A stretch of DNA of 64,000 nucleotides, taken from a virus. Position 1 is the stretch's first letter, and every line of letters begins with the position of its first letter. Positions 57,440-64,000 of this stretch are shown here, in pieces. A model generated the notes under the pieces. The model was not told the DNA's origin. It did not search any database and saw nothing but the letters and a program-made list of their open reading frames with translations. The position numbers were made by a program, and so were the translations under genes. Location of the stretch: positions 5,146 through 69,145 of IMG/VR virus record IMGVR_UViG_3300026116_000005, one strand, 5' to 3'.

Positions 57440-58875
57440 ATTTGATCGTCGTTATTGAATTTAAGGGTCGGCTGATTGCGCACAGCCCAATCACGAAAGA
57501 GCTTTCGGTTATGAACGTTCGCCGGGCTTGTCATCATCGAAGCCCAAGAACTCTCATGCGGCTCGTGAAGCGCCATCCCTGCGGGCAGCTCGCACGGGAA
57601 AAAATCAGTGGAAAAGTTCCTGAAAGTCGAAGCGATTCCTCGGGTCTGTCGAATATAAGCAGCGACACCTAAATCAAAGGCTTCGGTGCCAATGAAGTAA
57701 TCAGGAATCTTCGGCAGGTGAAGGCGAAGCCACCCGGCACGGAAGGCGAAGAGTTCGCGTCCCATGTGTACGTCTTCCACGCCGGGCTCAAGCCTGCGCA
57801 TCGAAACTGCGTCCCAAATAAGCACATGCTTGCGAAGCTCCTCCAACGATCCGGGCTTTAACTCCACGTCATCATTGATCCAAACAACGCAATCATCCTC
57901 GCTTTGAGCCAGCTCCAGCGCCGACTTAAAAATATCCGAAAGGTAGGGAAGGGCTCGCGGGTCCTTAATCTCGCGAGCTGTGCGACCCCAGCCTGAGCAC
58001 AAATTTGTAACCGTGCTTTCGCTCCACGCAAGAGGCCAGGTCGATTGCGCACGGTAATGCCGGTCGGTTTTTCCATGCATGTGAACAACGTGAATCACGC
58101 GGCTGCTCACTTTCTTTCGATTGGCAGCGGCCTCGACCGCATCTCCTACCTTGAATAAATCATGCCTGGCCTCACCATATCGAAACGCGGTCACAGACTG
58201 CGGAGGGGGAAGGCTCCCGAGCCACCCGTCGTTGAGAAGAGCAATGACGGGTGTTTTTGAAGCTCTTGCCAAATGCAGATGTAGTGTATCTATGGATACA
58301 AGAAGATCGGCGGCGTCGATCAAGCCAATGAGGTCGTAGGGGTGCCGGGCCTTAACTTGAGAAAGATCGACAATCTGGTGGTCCGGGCATTTTGCCGTGA
58401 TTAAATTCCGAAGCTCTTGCGCCAACGGGAACGGCGAAGACACTCCGTTTATCGCAATTAAAATCGCGGGCCTATCTGGCTCGATGTGCTTGGCGACTAG
58501 CTCCGTCTCTGCCTCGTGATCCCGTCGATCAAAGATAAGCGGGATCGCACCAAAGAGAGGCAAGACGCCAGCGATACGCCAGGCTTCCTTGCTGTACGAA
58601 TCAGTTAGGCGCTGCTTATCGGGATGTTTATAGGCCTGGAAAACAAGCGGATTAAACCCCTGTGATTTTTGAATTCTGATCGCCTCTGAAAGCTGCGTGT
58701 AATCGCCCTCAAACTCTACCGGATCAACATAGCTGACACCGTCGAGGATCGAGCGGAAATTCTTTGCCACGACAAAGCGCGGCCTAGCGCCCTTCCGCGC
58801 GAGCGAGTAAGCAGCGGGAAGGGCGTTCACCACATCACCCAGTCTTCCAAGCGCAATAATTGTGGGCTGTTTCAT
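57427..58875 (-). CDS. GT9-like glycosyltransferase with extra C-terminal GT-A-like domain
   Basis: GRLGDVVNALP, LVSIDT..LHLA.A..TPVIAL; C-terminal VWINDD. Confidence 0.75.
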   Translation of the reverse strand: MKQPTIIALGRLGDVVNALPAAYSLARKGARPRFVVAKNFRSILDGVSYVDPVEFEGDYTQLSEAIRIQKSQGFNPLVFQAYKHPDKQRLTDSYSKEAWRIAGVLPLFGAIPLIFDRRDHEAETELVAKHIEPDRPAILIAINGVSSPFPLAQELRNLITAKCPDHQIVDLSQVKARHPYDLIGLIDAADLLVSIDTLHLHLARASKTPVIALLNDGWLGSLPPPQSVTAFRYGEARHDLFKVGDAVEAAANRKKVSSRVIHVVHMHGKTDRHYRAQSTWPLAWSESTVTNLCSGWGRTAREIKDPRALPYLSDIFKSALELAQSEDDCVVWINDDVELKPGSLEELRKHVLIWDAVSMRRLEPGVEDVHMGRELFAFRAGWLRLHLPKIPDYFIGTEAFDLGVAAYIRQTRGIASTFRNFSTDFFPCELPAGMALHEPHESSWASMMTSPANVHNRKLFRDWAVRNQPTLKFNNDDQICPS

Positions 58876-59321
58876 GCAACATGAGCCCAGCGCCTTCGAT
58901 TCAATATAAGACAAACACTGGAGCGACTAACTCCAAACTTCTTTGACAAAACTCTAAGCGGAGTATTGTTCGCCCCTAGTTTACGCATTTCTATAACCTT
59001 CTCCTCAGTTAATTTCGCATGAGGAAGATTTTCCCCACTAAGGTAATTCTGCCGATTTTTGGAACGCATGTCCTGAACATTTTCAAGCGGAGTTCCAGCG
59101 AATAAATGAGCAGGGTTCACACATCTTGGTTCATCACAAACATGGCAGATTAACTTTCCTAGAGGAATGGGTCCGTGCTCCATCTCGTAAGAGACGCGAT
59201 GGGCACGAAGCTGTTTTTCGCCCATCCTGAACGCTCCGTATCCGTCTTCAAAAACTGCGGCGTTCCACAACCAACAATCGTCAGGACCAGCCTTATCAAC
59301 CTTATCCCAAAACCGTTTCAT
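58872..59321 (-). CDS. HNH homing endonuclease
   Basis: RFWDKV...CWLW, AHRVSY, CHVCD..RCVNP.HL..GT..EN; C-terminal HTH. Confidence 0.9.
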   Translation of the reverse strand: MKRFWDKVDKAGPDDCWLWNAAVFEDGYGAFRMGEKQLRAHRVSYEMEHGPIPLGKLICHVCDEPRCVNPAHLFAGTPLENVQDMRSKNRQNYLSGENLPHAKLTEEKVIEMRKLGANNTPLRVLSKKFGVSRSSVCLILNRRRWAHVA

Positions 59322-59323
59322 GA

Positions 59324-60244
59324 CTATTTGTACCAGTCGCCCTGCGTGTTATGCGGACCGTAATTAGCATTGCCCGAGTGCATACACACGCACGCGGTAT
59401 CGACATGCGGCTGGATTCCGACCTTGGAAGCGCGAAGACAAAAGCTCACATCCTCGCCAATTCCCTGTGCCAATTGGTTGAAAAATCCATAGGGCATAGA
59501 TGGATCACGAGGAATGATCTCCGGGAATTCCTGAGGAGCCGCCTCGATCATTTTCTCGAAAACAGAGCGGTTGATTCTCATTGCTCCGGTGGCCACCCAC
59601 TTCGTCGGCTTGATCGCAGGATTCACCATGAGATGCGCGTTGCGATTCTCGCGCTCGTTTTCAAACGCTTCCGCATACTGCGCTTTGCCGTTAACACTCC
59701 GCCCAAAGTAAAGCGCGCCTACCAGCGGGTGCGTGGGCGCTGAAGACATGATCCGGTCAAGGAACAGAAACGATTGATAGGGCTCTGGGAGCTTGGCTCC
59801 ATAAGACGCATACATCGCTGAATCCCCCATCGGCAAAACCATGTCGTGATCGATGAAGATCGCCTCTTCTCCGGTGGTACGAAGAAAACTTTGCACAAGC
59901 ATATTTCGGCTATCAGCGATGAGGGTTTTTTCTCGCATGAAAAAGCCTAGCTTTTCCGCGCCGTACCGAGCGTAATTTCGAAACAAGCTGAAATGGCAAG
60001 ACGGACGGATAGAATCGTAAATGGGGAGTAGGAGAAAAACTTTCTTCCCCTCCCAAACTGCGACTTCGTGCTGGCCTGAAAAATACGAGTCTAAAACAAT
60101 CTGGAGCGATTCAGCCGAAGGCGGTTTTCCATTTCTCCAGTTTTGTATTGTTCCAATGGATACATTGTATTTAGCCGCAGCCTCCTCACGAGTCAGGGTC
60201 GTGATGTCCGTGCGAAGGAGTTCGCACAAATCGATTTTGGGCAT
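59324..60244 (-). CDS. HTH-glycosyltransferase (GT-A) fusion
   Basis: EAAAKYNVSIGTIQNW HTH; then SRN.LV, FIDHDM, TGAM.I.RSVF, GEDVSFC, H.G. Confidence 0.7.
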   Translation of the reverse strand: MPKIDLCELLRTDITTLTREEAAAKYNVSIGTIQNWRNGKPPSAESLQIVLDSYFSGQHEVAVWEGKKVFLLLPIYDSIRPSCHFSLFRNYARYGAEKLGFFMREKTLIADSRNMLVQSFLRTTGEEAIFIDHDMVLPMGDSAMYASYGAKLPEPYQSFLFLDRIMSSAPTHPLVGALYFGRSVNGKAQYAEAFENERENRNAHLMVNPAIKPTKWVATGAMRINRSVFEKMIEAAPQEFPEIIPRDPSMPYGFFNQLAQGIGEDVSFCLRASKVGIQPHVDTACVCMHSGNANYGPHNTQGDWYK

Positions 60245-60246
60245 GA

Positions 60247-61671
60247 TTAGACAACGGTTTCACCAGCTTCAATTCGATCCAGTGCCTCGCCAAGGCTCTT
60301 GGGGGCAGTCTTCTTTTTCCCGGTATCAGTGTTTCCACTGGTGATCGATCCGCCACGTTTAGGCGTCGTCTCGTCCGCTTCTTTAAGCTCCTTCAGCTCC
60401 GCTTCGAGCGCAGCGATCCGCTCATTGGCACTGGAGAGTTGATCGACCGCACGGCGCGCGAGCGTCGCAGCGAGGGCAACGTCGACTCGTTCTTGGAGCG
60501 TCGTCGGCTTGAGCGATGCCTTTAAAAGGCCGCGCAGCTCCGTCGCCTTTGCGTTGTCGGCCTCAATTTGCTTTTTCTCTTCGGCGGTCGCGTCGTCCGG
60601 GACCTCTTTGACGTGAAAGTATTCGAGCTGCTTGTACGCGTTGTCGGTCCAGCGGCCAAGGACCTCCTGATTTTTCTCCTCCTCTGCGGCTGGGTTTGGC
60701 GCGTTCTTCTTCGCCTCCTCCTCCTGTTTTTTCTTATTGGCGAAATACTCTTTTGCCTTCGCGGATTCGGACTTAATAAATTCGCCCTTCGCGCGCTTGA
60801 TTAAAGATTTTTCAGTGAGCGCACTACGGATCGACTCGCTATCAGCGAGCTGGATCGCATCGAGGAATTTTTTGGCGTCCTCGCCGTTTTCGCGCAGGTA
60901 TGCCTCAAAGCCTCCGTTTTCCTGGATCGCTTTGATCGCCTCCGGCTTAACATTATATTTCTGGAGAACAGCGATAATCGAGTCGTCAGCCGCCTTGATC
61001 CGATTGTCGTAGGTCTCCTTAATGCGCGGGTCGCTATCAAGTTCATCGCGGCGGCGATAAGCCAAAAGCTCTTCGCGCTCTTTTTCAATCTCGGCGTCAG
61101 TGGCACCCTTGCCCGCCTTGATCTCGGCCATCTCTTTTTCGAGAGCGGCAAGCTTTTCGTCTTTTTCCTTTTGCGCGGTCTTAGTCTTGGCGACCTCGGA
61201 CTCGGCCTTTTTCCAGCGGTTATAGAGAGAGCGGTAACGCTGCGCTGACTTGATGTTTTTGTGAGGGGTCTTCAACTCCTCCTCGATCTCGGTCTCGGGA
61301 ACCTCCTCTTCCTCTTTTTTGGCCTCTTCCCTCTTGGCCTTGCCCATCGGGTCTTTGACGGACACCTCGCCGTCCGTCTCGTCGTCTTTTTTTTCTTGGG
61401 GCTTTTTCTCAGGCTCTTTTACCTCATCTTTTTTTTCCTTTGGAGCAGCCTTTGGCGGGGCCTTTTCTTTCGTGTCACCGGCGGGCTTATTCTGCGCTGC
61501 GACCTTATCGGCAGCGATCTTATCAATAGCGGCAGACAGACCTAGGCTCGTGCCTGATTCAGTCTTTCCGTTATCAACAATCGTCGACGGAGAAGCGTCA
61601 GTCGAAGGCTTTTCCGGTGGGGTGGCTGGAGTAGCAGATGCGTTTGTTTCTTGTTTATCAGGATCAGGCAT
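60247..61671 (-). CDS. Capsid scaffolding protein
   Basis: K/E-rich coiled coil between portal and capsid, with a short conserved-looking C-terminal helix. Confidence 0.65.
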   Translation of the reverse strand: MPDPDKQETNASATPATPPEKPSTDASPSTIVDNGKTESGTSLGLSAAIDKIAADKVAAQNKPAGDTKEKAPPKAAPKEKKDEVKEPEKKPQEKKDDETDGEVSVKDPMGKAKREEAKKEEEEVPETEIEEELKTPHKNIKSAQRYRSLYNRWKKAESEVAKTKTAQKEKDEKLAALEKEMAEIKAGKGATDAEIEKEREELLAYRRRDELDSDPRIKETYDNRIKAADDSIIAVLQKYNVKPEAIKAIQENGGFEAYLRENGEDAKKFLDAIQLADSESIRSALTEKSLIKRAKGEFIKSESAKAKEYFANKKKQEEEAKKNAPNPAAEEEKNQEVLGRWTDNAYKQLEYFHVKEVPDDATAEEKKQIEADNAKATELRGLLKASLKPTTLQERVDVALAATLARRAVDQLSSANERIAALEAELKELKEADETTPKRGGSITSGNTDTGKKKTAPKSLGEALDRIEAGETVV

Positions 61672-61675
61672 AAAT

Positions 61676-61921
61676 CTATTCTTCGAGCCGGTCAGGCGCT
61701 TCGTTTGATTGTCCTCCGCTTGCGTCCTCGATCATATCTTCGAGGTTTTTAAACACGCCGAGAAATCCAGCCACCGATCCGGCGGCGAAAATCATTTTCC
61801 CGTCTTCATCGGGAAATGGCATGGGAGCGAGAGCCTTCAAATATAGAAGGCCCAGCGTTCCTTCGGGGGAGGCGAGAAAGTTGCGCCAAGCGACAACGGT
61901 TTTCTTTGATGGTTTATCCAT
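61676..61921 (-). CDS. Small post-portal protein (Bbp19-like)
   Basis: WRNFLASPEG..GL.YL, directly after the portal. Confidence 0.5.
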   Translation of the reverse strand: MDKPSKKTVVAWRNFLASPEGTLGLLYLKALAPMPFPDEDGKMIFAAGSVAGFLGVFKNLEDMIEDASGGQSNEAPDRLEE

Positions 61922-61924
61922 AAA

Positions 61925-64000
61925 TCAACCGGCGCGGGCGAGAGGAAGCGGACCGGCTGGAGGCGGAGGGCCAGCGGGCGTTGGGGCCGGGGCCTGCGGC
62001 TGAGGAGCGCCGCCTCCCATCAGGGCTAAGTTAGGAGCGCCGACAGGGCCAGGGGCACCAGGCGCGCCAGGAAGGCCACCGCCACCGGCTTGTAAAGCAG
62101 CAACCTGCTGCTCTTGCTGAAGTCGCTTTTGAAGCGATTGAACAGCGCGCTCAAAGGATGCGATGAGTTTTTTCTCATCGTTCTTTTTATCCTTTGGCCC
62201 GACCTTCTTGGCGATCCACTGATTATAGTGAGCCTGATAGTGAGCGAGTCCATTGGTGGCGGCGGGAAGATTGCTTTGTCCGATCCACTGCGTGAGAGGT
62301 TCCTTCAGAGCCTCCATGTGAATATAGTCATTGTCCTTAGGAATAACAGGGACGCCCTGCTTGCCCTGCTCTAGGACGGCGTTTTCCAAGACCTGTTGAC
62401 GAGCCGCTTCCGCGACCATCGCCTGATCCTGGCCTTGCGGCATAAGGAGAGCGGAAAGCTCGGGGCCGACTGCGGCCTGCGAGATCGTGCGCTCAACCTG
62501 CTCCTGATCGTAATAGGGATTGCCCCGCACCGACTGCGCGAACTGAGCGCGGCGCTGCGCAACGGCCTCGGTAAACTCCATGATATTTTGCATGGAGCAC
62601 GACTCAACGAGCTGCTTGATTTCGTCTTCGTCGAGTTTCTTTTTAAGCTTCTTGACCAGCGCCTTCGCGTCTTCGTCTGGGCTCTTCGGATCGCAAAGGC
62701 GCTTCGCCATCATCGCCGTCAACATGGCAAATTGCGTCAGCCAGTTATCCAGCATGAACTGACGGATTTCATCCTCGCGCGCGGTCTGCACGTTCACCTG
62801 AGTCGCGGTCGGACTGGTGCCAGGAATGACCGCCGGAGGGAGGAAGGCTCCGACCTTTTCCTCCATAATTTGAGTCATCTTCTGATCGAGAGCCATGAAG
62901 CCGTCGACGCTGACCTGCATCGCTGCGCTAGACCCCGCGTACTTCGCGCCAGAGACGATAATCTTTTCATCGAAAACCATCGCCTTAACCGAGTTCAAAT
63001 CCTTTCCGTCCGGCACCTCCAGCTTGATCTTGTTCGAGAGTTTCAGGTTGTCGAAAGACTCGTTTCGAGTGAGTTCGACCTGCACCGACATATCGTAAAG
63101 AATATGCCCCGCGCCAAGGCTTCCATGGATCGTTCCGTTGCCAAACTGGAAAACCATTGCGGTCGTCACCTCGTCCATTGATTCGAACCGATCCAGTTTC
63201 TCATAGAGCAAACGAGAATCATCGTCCTTCGATGTGTCCGAATTTCCCGAGCCATCCCCAAGCAATATATAATGCGAAATCTTCCCGGTGATTTCTTTGG
63301 CAAACAGATGATACGTCTTAATCATCTTCGCTCCCTTAGAATAACTCGCTCCCGTCGACGCCTGCCTCACCAAGTCCTCGTACCCTCGAATGTCGGACTG
63401 CATCCCATTCTTATCAGGCGGCATCGCTTTGTTGATCGCCTTTACCACCGCATCTTGCCGCCAATTTTTCTTCTTGTTGTCGTTCGCCTTTTTCAGGAGC
63501 GAGAGAAGTTCGTCGGGGCGATAGTCCCACTTCACCACATAGAACGGAAGGTCTGTATCCAAAAGTTCAGTACCAATTGGTACGAACCCTTTATCCTGAC
63601 GGATCAGCTTTGGCCTCCACTCGTATTGGTTGAAAAAGCTTGGGAATGCGTAGCCGTAAATCCCTACTTCGTTCGCGAGGCCCTGAAGGAAAAAATTCCA
63701 CTTCTTCCATTTACGGATCGCTGTCGTGACCGAGGTGCGGAAAAATTCTGTCTTCTGAGCGGAGCCATCGACATCAGGCGGCAGGCACCCAGCGACCAAG
63801 TAGCGCGCCGTTTTGAGCGGCATGTAAAAGCGCGGCGGAATCTTCGAGCATGTCGTCGCGAGGGCTCCAGTTGAAATGTTTGATTTGTGGAGCTTCGCCT
63901 TATTTGCATCGCCGCGAGACGACCGAGGGCGCTCGCCGTTGATCTTCGCCGTGATCTTGGCCGCGTTCTTTATCAGCTTGTCTGCGTCTTCAATGCATTG
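61925..64000 (-). CDS. Portal protein (5' end beyond the window)
   Basis: Frame is open from 64000 through the listed 632 aa; PTATQV motif and Q/P/G-rich tail typical of podovirus portals. Confidence 0.75.
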   Translation of the reverse strand, partial: QCIEDADKLIKNAAKITAKINGERPRSSRGDANKAKLHKSNISTGALATTCSKIPPRFYMPLKTARYLVAGCLPPDVDGSAQKTEFFRTSVTTAIRKWKKWNFFLQGLANEVGIYGYAFPSFFNQYEWRPKLIRQDKGFVPIGTELLDTDLPFYVVKWDYRPDELLSLLKKANDNKKKNWRQDAVVKAINKAMPPDKNGMQSDIRGYEDLVRQASTGASYSKGAKMIKTYHLFAKEITGKISHYILLGDGSGNSDTSKDDDSRLLYEKLDRFESMDEVTTAMVFQFGNGTIHGSLGAGHILYDMSVQVELTRNESFDNLKLSNKIKLEVPDGKDLNSVKAMVFDEKIIVSGAKYAGSSAAMQVSVDGFMALDQKMTQIMEEKVGAFLPPAVIPGTSPTATQVNVQTAREDEIRQFMLDNWLTQFAMLTAMMAKRLCDPKSPDEDAKALVKKLKKKLDEDEIKQLVESCSMQNIMEFTEAVAQRRAQFAQSVRGNPYYDQEQVERTISQAAVGPELSALLMPQGQDQAMVAEAARQQVLENAVLEQGKQGVPVIPKDNDYIHMEALKEPLTQWIGQSNLPAATNGLAHYQAHYNQWIAKKVGPKDKKNDEKKLIASFERAVQSLQKRLQQEQQVAALQAGGGGLPGAPGAPGPVGAPNLALMGGGAPQPQAPAPTPAGPPPPAGPLPLARAG

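Noticed and set aside
1-64000. tRNA genes, CRISPR arrays, stop-codon reassignment
   Set aside because: No cloverleaf or repeat-spacer pattern seen by eye; long genes are intact under code 11 and all three stops are used. tRNAscan would be needed for certainty.

Overview
Most of the genome of a tailed dsDNA phage with podovirus-type architecture (portal, scaffold, major capsid, tail tubular A/B, three internal/ejection proteins, no tape measure). The window is cut inside the terminase large subunit at the left edge and inside the portal at the right edge, so the two ends are probably close together on a circular map. A PEP-CTERM gene, lack of Shine-Dalgarno sites and an SSB resembling (from recall) Opitutaceae SSBs suggest a Verrucomicrobiota host. 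Nearly all genes are on the minus strand. The exception is a plus-strand block of small early-type genes (13.5-19.8 kb, including DUF932), which diverges from a ~1 kb non-coding region carrying a dif-like site. Highlights: (1) a six-GT, two-methyltransferase cluster inserted between scaffold and capsid, plus a GT2-MTase fusion behind a collagen/C1q fibre (candidate virion glycosylation system); (2) a trypsin-like protease + PEP-CTERM moron; (3) a RusA-like resolvase whose motifs are split over two overlapping frames; (4) an orphan receiver domain in the putative lysis cassette; (5) a 20-nt motif repeated before four start codons; (6) several structured leaders. I see no integrase, DNA polymerase, primase, helicase, endolysin, tRNA or CRISPR array. 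All assignments come from motif reading by eye, not database searches.
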